Assembly: GCF_001949145.1 (NCBI RefSeq)
Contig: NW_019091361.1
Coordinates: 558,144 to 622,000, forward strand
DNA: 63,857 bases
DNA from: Acanthaster planci
Lineage: Eukaryota
Direction: 5' to 3'
Each line of letters starts with the position of its first letter. Position 1 is the stretch's first letter. Under the pieces are notes generated by a model, which saw only the letters and a program-made list of their open reading frames with translations, ran no database searches and had not been told where the DNA came from. This document shows positions 52,099-63,857 of this stretch, in pieces. The position numbers were made by a program, and so were the translations under genes.

Positions 52099-52976
52099 CA
52101 GATTCACCATCACAGCCCCTCCAGAAAGAAAAATAGTGAGGTAGTCAGACAAGAGTTGAGTGAACTTGATGGCAAAAGAAAGGCACGGGGGACCAAACGC
52201 AATTGAGAAAGACTGACATTGTTCGGACACAAATGTACACTTTGCTTTTGCTTTCTTTCCCAAACAAGTCCAATGATAAATGTTACAGTAAAAAGTTAAT
52301 ATACCCAAGTGGACAGTGAAGTAACAATGAACATTGAAGAAATTACTTACAGTTTAAGTAAACAATGCTAACTACCCACAAAAAAAGTTCCTGTTTGGCC
52401 TTGATTTTTGAGCTAGGTAAACATTGAAATTTCTCTGCAGCTTATTTTCATTATTGATATCATTAAAAGTTTTGAGAGTTATTTTCATTTCTAAGGAGCA
52501 ATACGTTTTAATGTGATATTCTAAGATATAATAGATTATCTCTTTACATATCACATTAAGTGAATTTGGGTGCAAATCTATGCAAAATACAACTCCACAA
52601 GGAATATCCACATACTTCATTTGCTACTTTTTCCCCTGGAGTCCTGTTCAAATTTTACATTGAACTCTATTCTGGAAATAAATGCTTTTAATCAATGGAA
52701 GTATAGAGTAGTGAAAAGTCCAGCCTACAAGCATTTTCTTGAGCTAGACTCGCTAATTAGTCTTCTTATCACTGACAGTTAACGATTGTTCCAGTTGCTA
52801 GGGCTCACAGGCCAAGAACTGGAATCAACTAGCTTGTTTAAATGGTCTTTACAGCGAAATCCTGCCCGCGGGGTTCACAGCAACACTTGAAGCGAGCACA
52901 AGTACACTGGAAAGGCTACTTCAATCATGAACTATGCCTGGCGACCGATGATCGCAATATACCGAGGATGTCTCAC

Positions 52977-53014
52977 CGGTACCCTGCCGGGAGGAAACGA
53001 TCGACCGGCGGCAT
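52977..53014 (-). CDS. Candidate upstream (first) coding exon of the nuclear receptor
   Basis: Locally CpG-rich. ATG at 53014 gives MPPVDRFLPAGY, then a strong donor CCG|GTGAGA in phase 2, which joins the DBD exon in frame (R-FEKMSM...). Phase agreement has a 1-in-3 chance by luck. Confidence 0.3.
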
Positions 53015-55150
53015 CAACTGACAAATATCTCCATGCTGCAAACCCCGTGGATGCAAAAAACGAAACAGAAGACTGAGAAATCTATTGATATTGGAGGGGA
53101 AAACCGACTCCCCCTGAGAGACTTGAAGCTTCAGGGTCTTGCCGATAACAAGATAGTAATACACGCCAGCTACTTAACGCTAACACGCAAAGGCCATGTC
53201 GCATGGTACCCATTCAGGACTAAGGTGTGACTTGCAAATTTTTTTTAATAGTATTCACTGATCGTAACGCTCTAATTGACGGGGCATTGTGTTGCCGACT
53301 GTCACAGAAGAGAAAGAGAGAGACGAAGACAGTGTCAGTGATCAGGGGAGATAGTGACAAGAAATCTTGAGGCTAAATTGGTTCTGGCTGTCCCAGGTCA
53401 GATGGCTCAGAGAAAATAACGTCTGAAAATGATGTGACATGGTGCATATATAAATTGTTCCCTTGGTGACCATTTGTTTTCTTCATGTAGTAAAGCTTTG
53501 CTGGCTACTGTAATGTGCCTGACTGGCTGGAATTGCAGCATGTAATTCCAAGATAATTGGATGTAACTAGGGAAAAAAAAATCATTGACAATCCAGAATA
53601 TTCATAACAATTCATGTTTTCTGGCATTTGACATTAAGGAATTGCCTGATGTCATTTGAGTAATAATGGAATGTATTTGATTTCAGGACAAGTCAGTGAT
53701 GCACGAAATGTAACAGCTTCTTAATAACAACATTCTACACCTCGCAATGAAACAAGCAGGTAATCAAGATTTCAATGGTAGAAAGTCACTCTAAAAACTC
53801 AAAGATACAATTTACAGTTAAAGTTATAATCACGAATTCCTGCATGACATGATTTCATGGATGCCAAATCATCCAACAAATTGTTTTTATCTCATTGTAA
53901 AAAAACTCCCCTTAAATTTTGGTAATTTTACATCATAAAAAGTCAGATTGAAATAAGTCTGGTGTCACACCCAGTAAATAACAAAACAAGCCAGTAATGC
54001 AACTGGAATGCTAACTACTCCAGTATTGGTCACCGGAACACCAAAGGCCTCAAGGTACGGGTCAAGTTAAGGAGTTCAATCATCCAGCCGATGGAAGCAA
54101 CCTAATTGAACTCGATAGAAATTCATCTTCCATCTGGTGGGCTGTCGACCCAGGCTATCCAAGACTTTGGCCGGCTGGTTTAAGGGGATTTATAGCTGAT
54201 TCACATGGGAACAAAGGTGGTTCTCCTGCCTCCAAAGAAAAACCCCACTTGACCCTACAAATGTTTGGTGACCATGTCCATCTTGGCCAGGAAGACAACA
54301 ATGGAGCAACAAAAATCATACTTGTTTTTATGCTCACAAAGAATCTTACATGTCTAATAAAAAGTCAAGGCTGACACACACAGCCACCATCAATGCTAAG
54401 TTATGCTTATGTCTTTGTCAGAGTTCTTTAACTAACGTAGGAAACAGTCGTTGAAGCTTTACAGACCTTTTAAAGTTTCCACAAGAGATAAAGACAGAGA
54501 GAGTCATAAATTGTGGTTACCTTGGACACATGGTCTGCATTAATGTTTGTTTCATCCTCCCTCCGCCAAGTTTAAGGGTAAAATCGGCAAATGGCCCCCA
54601 GATGTTACTGTACGCTGCATTTCGACCAATATTTTTGCTTTTCCCTATTATATTCCTATATTCCTTATATTCCCTATTATATACACTGCACACCTTTGGC
54701 ATTCAGGGAGAGTTTGAAAGAATTAATGATGCAGTTGATGAGAACGATATTCATGTTACTAAAAAGTCGGTGGCCAGGTGCCAAATTCCATCAAAGTTTC
54801 ATTAAGGCCATCCTACATGTTGATAGCTATAATTCTAACTAATACATTTCTTCAGATATGAAAGGATTTATGGAGTAGCTAAAGGATTTCTACTGGTGGT
54901 CGCAAAGCCAACACAACCACTTTCATTGCCCACTGCTTTTTTTCTTTTGTGCAAAAGATTTGTAAAGGAATATCTGTTTATTGCCACTTACGAACCCAAA
55001 ATTTACTACTCTTGACAGGCACAGGTAGTCAGCAAATGCATGAACAACTGCATGGATACACAAAGATAGCTAAGGGCAGGGGCTCTGCGAGTGGATAAGA
55101 GAGGGCGCTTTGAAACCAGGCAACCACATACCTTAGAACTAAAGATGTGC

Positions 55151-55281
55151 AAGGCACTGTTTGAGAACCACCAAAATGACATCGTCACTATGCAGACGCA
55201 CCGGTCAAACAATAAAAGATGCACGCTATTCAAGAAACATCCTACAACGATGTCATTTTGGTGGTTCTCGAACAGTGCCTT
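55151..55281. mobile_element. 131-bp MITE with 35-bp terminal inverted repeats
   Basis: AAGGCACTGTTTGAGAACCACCAAAATGACATCGT (55151-55185) matches the reverse complement of 55247-55281 at 34/35. Confidence 0.85.
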
Positions 55282-57015
55282 CCTAAAGGTGTGTACAGCT
55301 GTGTTAAATTGACTTCTAGAAACATCAAAAGATTGAGGGGATAGCACCCATGTATGATAGATACATGTAGTTACAGCTACTTCATGAGATGCACTGAAGA
55401 ACTGGACAGACTCTTCTTAGCATGAAGTGCATTAACTCTTAGTCTCTTTTAAACTTAGCACAGTCTTTTGAGATGCTACCCCTTCAGTATAATTATTGTA
55501 TCCTTAAGAGATAATGCATTTCAGGTAAGCTGGTTTTTCTCAAGGCTTTTTTAACCCTTTGATGGATGGGCCTGTTTGAGGCTGACTGAAACACTGAAAA
55601 TTAACTTATTGGACAGTTTACCATGAAGCTGAGGTCAAAGGCTACTTTTCTATTGGCTACAAGTAATTATGCTTATGTCCTATCAGGATTCTGTATTTTA
55701 GATAGACTTGCGATTTGACATGATCTGATGATTCCATGTGTGGAGAGAATAGTCATGTATGGTCAGATATGTCTGTAACATAGCATCTGTAATAAGAGGC
55801 ACTGTAATCTTTATATGCTCACACAAAAGGGGAAAATAATGGAACAAAGCTAACATCAGTCACCAGACTACAATGGCAAATACTGCAAATTCTAGGCCAT
55901 GTCAATCAGTCACAATGAAATGTGCAGGGACATCAGAGCGCAAAAAAACTTGAAGAAAGCAAACAGGACATATTTCTACTAATGAGGTATTCCTTCCTAA
56001 CAGCATAAAAAAGTAATCAGGGATGAAGTTTCATCTTAGACCTAAGAGTAACGTGCAGCAGATGACATTCATCATTGAAGTACTAGACCATCCCATAGAA
56101 CTCCCAATGGATAGTAGTCACAGTGGATTCTTCTTTCACAAATCAAGCTTATACTACAAACACTCCAAGTGTGTGCCAACAATGGTTGATGATGGAGCTG
56201 CCGATGTAAACCCCGTGTCCTTGCATACAGTTGGCATGATTTGCATATCTTAGCAAAATACCCATTGAGGAAGAAAGCACAAGCAGACAAAGCCTTCCAC
56301 TTTACTCAACGAATTCACAAGGCAATCCTTGACAATAATTAAGTCCTTAAACATAAAATACATCTTCTTTCCAACTCTACTCTACATGTTACATGCAAAG
56401 TCCTTTCAATGTTTGGAAACGTTTACGAAGGGCTGGATTGAAATTGGTTATTAATGCAAATGTGGAATCGAGGGAGAGCCACTCTGAACTGACATTTCAA
56501 GAGGAATCTTTCTAACATCTAAACGGCAATTCATTCCACAACGCAACACTACATAAAATTCATTTTATGACATACTGACAGTCTCGCAGGTTAATTGAAC
56601 CCTTCAATATTTAAGATCAAGATCCAAAAATATTGTGACCACCAAAAAGCAATTGATGCAATGAACTGCCACTTTCAATGACAGCATTATGTTTATGCAT
56701 TACTTCGCTAATTAGAAATAATTCTGTTGCAGCCACAGCATGTTTGAACAAGTGGTACATGTATGTCTGCTTTTTATCTGAAAAGCTTGAAAATGATGCC
56801 TCATATACATTTCATTTGCTCTGTTTGCTAAGTTTGAGGGGAAAATAGAATCATTCAGATATCCTGATCTCCCAATGGCGTCATAAAGTCTGTGCGGCAA
56901 ACTAACAAAATTTCCTGAGCGACTTTCTGAGCAAATGGCAAGCTATCTGCTCCCAGAAGCAGCCCCACAAACTTGCCAATATATCTACAAATACATCTCT
57001 ACAGGACAAGCTTAC

Positions 57016-57270
57016 CGACCCCCTTGTGTGTGTTTCATTCAATAAGCTCCTCCCCCTCATTTGGCTGACCTACATACAGCCCCCTGGTAATGGCCATTAG
57101 GCTTTTTTTTTCCTCCCTGCACTGCATTCATTCAAAGAAAGGATGTCCCTTTCAGGAGTGGCTACGGACGCGAGCCGAGAAAAGACGAAGAAATATCGAT
57201 GTGACGTCTCTCAGCCAAATGAGCCAGTTATGAAAAGTACACAGCGTGGCGCGGCGATGGGGCGCACCTC
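57016..57270 (-). promoter_or_regulatory. Candidate alternative promoter / first exon
   Basis: CpG-rich patch at ~57160-57270 with a CRE-like TGACGT. Strong donor TCG|GTAAGC at 57016/57015; the ATG at 57038 (MKHTQGG) is phase-2 compatible with the DBD exon. Confidence 0.22.
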
Positions 57271-60200
57271 AGGAACAATGCTGATTGACCCAAATGTCTC
57301 CTCTTGCTCTATGGGTGTATTGTTGCATCGCCCATTTACCTAACACAATTCCACGAGTCTTCGGGATAAGAGACCAGACTTTCATAGTGATGGCCCGTTT
57401 TCTTGGCCGCAAACAGCAAAGGAAGTGAATCAACATGACAGACCATTCATTTGGCTCCATTCTCATTTTCTCCTCAGCTCTGGCTGGCTGCTGATCACTG
57501 ACAGTGCACTTCCAGAGGATAGCTAGAACCAGTGGAAAGTAGACAATGATTCCATAACAACCAATTCAGATTTAACCAATACCAGCTTTTTTTTAATCCA
57601 ATCCTATTTTTTCACAAAAGTTTGTTATTTATTTACATTGATTGTTATTTTTTCATTTTTCTGCTTTTGAGAAAAAGTGTTTCAATCAAGACGTCTAACC
57701 TACATGTACTTACTCTTTCGCGTTATCCCAGTTTGATAGTTATTTCCAACAGTCTAGCCCAAAACTCTCTTGCAGAATATAGCTTTGGTCGTATCCATTA
57801 GATATTCTGCATCCATAATCCTTCTGAATATTAACTGGCAAATATGCATGGAAAAGCATGATGTTAACAACATTTTACATGCATTTCTGGTAAGCACTGA
57901 ACCATGTGATACATGACGTGCTACATGTTACTGTGTATCCAAGGATACAAGCATGAACTCCCATAATGCACTGTTCCTTGGAAACTGTGATATGATTTAT
58001 ATCCATGTACAATCATACCTACCAGTCTGGTATAAAGTGTTTTTGAACTTTTAATGTAAGATTCTATTGTGGAATTCTGAAGTAGTTATTGCAACGTATC
58101 ATGCCTCTTTCGAAAAACTTAAAATGATACCTTCTCTGATTTATTGACTTCACAAGCTGTCTGGAAATGGTTGATAATGATTGGCCTGATTGGGGTGATT
58201 TTTTAACATAGAGAAAAGCTATTTTAAATTTTTTTTTTTGATTAGATTCATCCACAATACTGAATATAGTTACACATGTCCATGCATAACCGTGTGCTAA
58301 TGGCCGTCCATTTACTGGTCCACAGACCAAGTCCAAGAGTATTGTCAAGGATATCATTCAGCAATTTCATCAAGATTTTTGCCTTTGCTTTGATTAAGAC
58401 ACAACATGAACCCATGAACCCACTCTCTCAATCTGAGGCTGTACTTTCCTTGACCCATGAACTTGCCCAATCAGCAACATCTACTACATGTATTTGCCAC
58501 CCAAGACAACGCCACGGCAGAATCCAAGGTCTGCCGCCCCGACAGTAAACTCCCCCCCTGACAGAGCTGGGACCATTGAAGCCCACAGGGACTTGCCGAG
58601 AAATACCGAGAGAAGAAATTTGGTCTCATTTACTCGCTTTTCAAGCAATTTAGAAACAAACAGAATGTGATACGCGTGTAATATCCAAGGACTGACAATA
58701 ACCAGCATTTGAGGGACAAAGGCAAAAAAGGGGTTACACAGCAACACACAGTACCGATTCCAAACCTGTAGTTTCTTCAGGCCAGGCTGGGTGAATTCTC
58801 TGGAACATACACAGACCCTGATGTGTGACTGGAGGGTGCGAGGTTGTTGTATTAGAAATATGAGCTGTCTGATTGATCGTAACGTGGGCACAGCTCTAAA
58901 GGCATTTACTTCATCGCAATTGTCTCTCGCGTGAAAGGGGACAAAGGACAGTATTGCGTAGCGGGCTACATTATGGGCTGCGTGACGCAGTCGCAGGGGT
59001 TCATAACATTGTTGATAAGGGAGGCGACACCTTTGGCTTAGAAGATTAATTTGGGCAGCTGATGGGGGTATTGATTTCGCTTGTCAATAGTGTGTTAGAG
59101 TTACATGATGTATTTGAAGGTCTTTCAGACCTTGTTAATGGCAAGACCAGACCTCGACCCCCTTGCTTGGTGTAAAAAGACTTATTTCTTTAAAAAGAGC
59201 TTCAATGGAACACTTTTCTTTGAAATCTATCCATTCATCTTCCTAGCAAAGTTCAAAAGTCTCAGACAAGGTTACTGAAGTAGTTTTGAGATAACAAGTC
59301 TTGGTACTCAAGAAATGAAATGAAGCCTTTTTCAGTAACTGCCATTAAATAGCCCACAAAATAATGCTGTTAGTTATATTCTTTTCGTTCATTTAAGAAG
59401 CAGTGTGAGAATATATTTCCTTGTCTTTCTTTCTCGAGCTTTCCAAATGTATGTATTATATGTATTGCTTTGAAACCACTGCAGAAATCAACAGGTACAT
59501 CAGAAACAAAAGTTTACACAGTTTCTACGTTCCCTGAAGATTTCAAATTCAACAGACAAGTATTCAACCCCAGGCTCAATAGACAACAACTAGTTTGGAG
59601 GTCTGGAAGCAAACTTCCACAACTAATGTCTCTTCTAAAGATCAAATTTCACTTTATTCATCAGTTGTGCAATAATGCTTTCCACAGCACTCAAAATGAA
59701 GGAAAAGACTAAAGGGGAAAAAAAGAACACAGTGCATTTATATATTAGCTGTCATCCTCACAGCTCCCTGCTGGCGGGAATTCGACAGGCTGAACAATGA
59801 ACAATGATCTTTTAAAGATTTTCTAAGGCACGAGGAGTAAACGGTACTTTGGACCCTGCTGTGCTTTCAGTGGAAATCTGTAGGAAAGCTTGAGGGTTGT
59901 AGCAAAGAGAAGAGAAGAGGGCACAGCAACTGGGCATTTGTATCACTCATTTGGCACTGCAGGGCAAACAGGGCTGCAACTCATGAATGAAACGAGGTAT
60001 GAATGATGGCCCTGTGGTTTGTTTGCTCTGCGTATTAATGATGACAGTTGACAAAGATTGATACTAGCTTGCTCTAACACAACGTGTCAAACCACCAGCC
60101 AAATATGATTTCAATTTCAGCCATTGGGGTTCTTTCCTCCTCACTCTTTTTCCCAATTTTTTGTTTGTTTTTTTGCTCGTGTGCTTAGAGTTTTTCTTCT

Positions 60201-63200
60201 TGTTTTTTTTTTTTAGAATGACAAGAAATACATTGCCTTTCTCTGTTTCCATTCTATGGTACAAACCAAGCATTAGCCCAATCAAACAACCACTCTACAG
60301 TGAGAAAATAAAGCAGAAGTGTGTACTGTACGATGCTTTTTCCAGACTGTCCCAAATCACTAACATTTGGTCCACAGAATGAAGACATAATATTATGAAT
60401 TCAACACTGCCCTGGAAAAAAAATGAAAGGAAGGAGACACAATTATTATGTCTTCCAAAATGTTCATGAGTATTCTGAGTTTTAGAATACCATCTGAATA
60501 GAGGCCCAGATTCCACAACTTCTATTTCATACACAAAAAACAACAGTAGCTTCATTCCCACAGGACCATTGAAAACACTGGCATCCTGGAAAAGTAAACC
60601 ATTAGGAAAAAGTACATGTACGTGTAGAATTTAGTTTTCTCTAAATTTTAAATTTAGAGAACACCTTCAGCATTGGAAACATTCTTGGCCTCATCCAGGG
60701 AAATTTATCAAGGTTATAAGTGGCTTGTACCAGAAAAACACCTCAAGTGAATGCTTGTGTTATCTATGCCTGTCATGAAGCAATCAATACAGACTTCTAT
60801 TCTTCATATCTTGTCAAGGAAGTCTGACACCATAGCCTGAGAGAAATCAGACACTATCAAAGACAAACAAGTATAAATATTGCAAAGTTTTAAGGCTACA
60901 ACCCTGACAGAGAAACGTAACAAAGAGAATAGTATGGCTTCTCATGTTCCACTGATTTAACCATCTGAGCAACGATTCCTGTTTTCTTCTCCACACATCT
61001 ATCTTTCATTTTCATGGAGATGGGGTGTGAATATTTCCTCAAAGTGAGATAAATAGGGATCTGGGCCAACGAAAACATAGCAAAAAATGCCACAGCGGAC
61101 AATGGATACTGGAATTGTTGGGTAAGCACGTGTGTGTGAGAGTGTGTCTGTGCGACCTAGAATCTTATGTGGGCTGACAGATTCCTGAAAGCCTGGGTAG
61201 GTAATTCAGACTGCAGTCCAACCGACAGCCCCAAGACAGAATCAGGTTCTGCAAATAAAAATGCAAAACTATTTCAGAAATTCAAGCGCATCGTTTTTCT
61301 CTCCTTTTTGGCTCTCTCCCCTCCTAGCCATGTGCTTGGCTAGCATTCTGGGTTCAATGGGTCATGTGAGCTTAGCATACAGCAGAGGCCGCTATCTGGG
61401 TTAACCTAACACACGGATTGGAATATTTGAGAAATGGATCCTCAGGTTCCTAGGCTAGCTTGGTCGTGTACTAGCACCAGGCACTTCCATCATTGTTAGC
61501 ATGGATCCATCGGTAAACAGTCCATCTCAAACAGTCTTCTCCTAACCACAACCACAAGACATGAAAAGCTTCCCCCAAAAGAAAGGACAGAAAGAAAAAA
61601 AAACAAGAGAGAGAAAAACAAGAACGCAGAATTGAGTCATGGCAAGTTACAGTGTTCATATGGGCCAAGCACACACACGCACGCATGCACGTTTTTCCAG
61701 TAATACAGTAATAGCTAAGCTAACAATTGCTGCTGTAGTACCTCCCTCCTTCCTTCTACAACCACCCCCCCCAACTCAATTCCTGTGTCCTGTACAATTT
61801 GCCTAGTGCAGATCAAGAGTATGGTGAGATTGCAGAGTGGGACGCGTTTGTGGACACACGTTCCCGTGTTTGTTTGGCTCTGCGTGCATATGCTCATGTG
61901 GGGCCGTGGAAACTTCTCCCACAAGCTCATCCCTCCGCCTGGTTTATACACGATGGGGAAAGGACAGATTAAATTAGCCCACACCGTCAGAATAAACACA
62001 ATACAACATTATCAGTTCTGGCCTATTTTGGACGAGGTCCCTGTCCACATTTGGGGCATCTCTTGTTACCTACTGCTGCCGAGGTTGGTCCCGACCGTGA
62101 TAAGTAATTCAAACCAAGCCTGGAGATAGTTTACTATGTACAGAACAACTTTCATATCTTGAATCAACTTTTGCGGGCGAATATTTATGACAAGGGTCTC
62201 CCAGTGCAAACAAACTTCCAGTCCTTGGGGAACTGGGGGGGAAAAATTGTGGAATGGGAGGGACAGTAGATGGACCTCAGAGAATGCGAGAACAGAACAA
62301 AACTATGAGAGCAGCATTTACAACTGGATGAGGAATTTGACAAAAAACAAATTCAAAAAGAAAGTATTCAGAGAAGAGTGGGGATAAGACCGTGAATGGG
62401 AATCCAAAATGGGGCAAAGAAAAAGGAGAAAAGGCTTAAAAGCACTGACAGTCACAAGACATGGAACTGGTTTTTGTTGTAAAGGACATTCAACGGAATA
62501 GTTCCTTAATAAGATTTCCAGTCTTTAAATTAAGCCATGACTCAATGTATAGCCTGAACCCAAACGTGTATGAAATCATACTCAAGGGCTTGGGCAGAAC
62601 AATGTGTCTCATTATCAATGCAGCGGCAATACATTTTCATTCATTTCAGCATTCACTACTCCATTTTCCCAGCTTTTTCATTCTACTTTAAATTGGATAT
62701 TGACAATGGACAGAATGGAAGCAAATGAGACATGCCTCGGTTGGAATCTCAAAACCACAATCATGTCCTAATTTTATTAAAAAATCCTACAGGGGGCTCC
62801 TCCATAGTGCTTTCAATTGACGACCGAATCACAATTCTCCTAACAGATTGTTTACCTTCATCTCTATTTTTTTCTAAAATTAAATATCAGAGCACGTACT
62901 GTCATGTCCTTCCATGAGATGCCACGGACTACAAACCAAACAATACAAAACACTGCTCAACAATGGCAGCCCCCATTTGGTCGAGGACGGGAACACTGTT
63001 ACCAATAACAGGCGTAAACAAATCAGCAAATGGTCTCTTCGTTACTCTTATAAGTGCATTGTTCCCTGAGCCACCAATAAAAATGCTCATTTCAAGAAAA
63101 ATCTTATATGTTTCAATGTAGGTGAAGACTGTGCAAGAATGTAACACACAAGGGTAGTGTTATAAGTACATCAACATTACTGCATCGGAAGTACTGGGAA

Positions 63201-63857
63201 ACAGCAGCTACAGAAAGTGTAGGCACATTTCCAGCTGCAAAACACAGTCTTATCCTTGAAACCAGATCCTAACATTTTGTACAAATGACTATAGAATCAG
63301 TGGTGGTGCATCAGTGAAATGGTTTGTAACTGGGTTCATGACCTTTTTGTGAATTCTACTAACCAAGAAAATAGTCAATAACTTTCTTTTTTAATGGTAG
63401 GGCATGAAGGATTCCTCCGGATTCAAATTTACCAAAAAAAAAAAATTTGAAATGACGTATACTTTAAACCAAACAGACATTTGGGAGAAATACCGAACCA
63501 TATTTGGGTGCCTTTAAACTGTCAATTGCTTTTGTTTACCTGTGGCCGCTCTGGCTTAATGTGTCCGCCTTGTGTAGGCCACAACAGTCACCAGCAAACC
63601 TGCAGCAGAAATAAACTTCCTTTTTCTCGCATTAACAGCCACCACTTACCCACATTTTCATTCCAGCAAATGTATGTTACTTTCATATGATAAAATCAAC
63701 AGACAAAAGAAGATAACAAGATTGGAGGAATCACGAGTAAAGTCTAGCAACACTTATCAAAGGAAGACATCTGCTCAAATTCAATCCTAACCCCAACCCC
63801 TGCTGACTGCACTACTAAAAAAAATTGCGACTGAAGATTTCTATGAGTAAGCCAACA

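Noticed and set aside
54517..54702. 61-aa minus ORF ending at a phase-2 AG|GTAACC donor
   Set aside because: Partly low-complexity (TATTCC-type repeats) with no promoter features; it shows that phase-compatible donors arise by chance.
60637..60661. 12-bp-arm palindrome TTCTCTAAATTT-T-AAATTTAGAGAA
   Set aside because: Real but short and AT-rich, with no supporting context.
1..63857. Frequent TACATGTA palindromes throughout the window
   Set aside because: Dispersed in introns and flanks alike, so probably a genome-wide compositional bias rather than a locus-specific signal.

Overview
Eukaryotic, AT-rich animal DNA. The repeat content and abundant TACATGTA suggest a marine invertebrate, possibly a sea star (inference only). 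One protein-coding gene is supported: a minus-strand nuclear receptor of the NR1I/NR1J (VDR/PXR/HR96/DAF-12-like) group. Its four phase-compatible GT-AG coding exons are 22764-22520 (DNA-binding domain), 17586-17357 (hinge/helix 1), 16537-15730 (insertion plus helices 3-8) and 7280-7036 (C-terminal ligand-binding domain). They give about 505 aa from the ATG at 22754. The 8.4-kb last intron holds MITEs, tRNA-derived SINE copies, two related minisatellites, a perfect palindrome, a probable haplotype duplication at assembly gaps, and a small inverted-repeat element with a minimal type I hammerhead ribozyme in the gene's sense orientation. The ~41 kb upstream of the DNA-binding exon has no convincing ORF. 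It does carry candidate first exons and several RGKTCA direct repeats, including a tandem pair of consensus DR4 elements at 52052-52098. All calls were made by eye without database searches.
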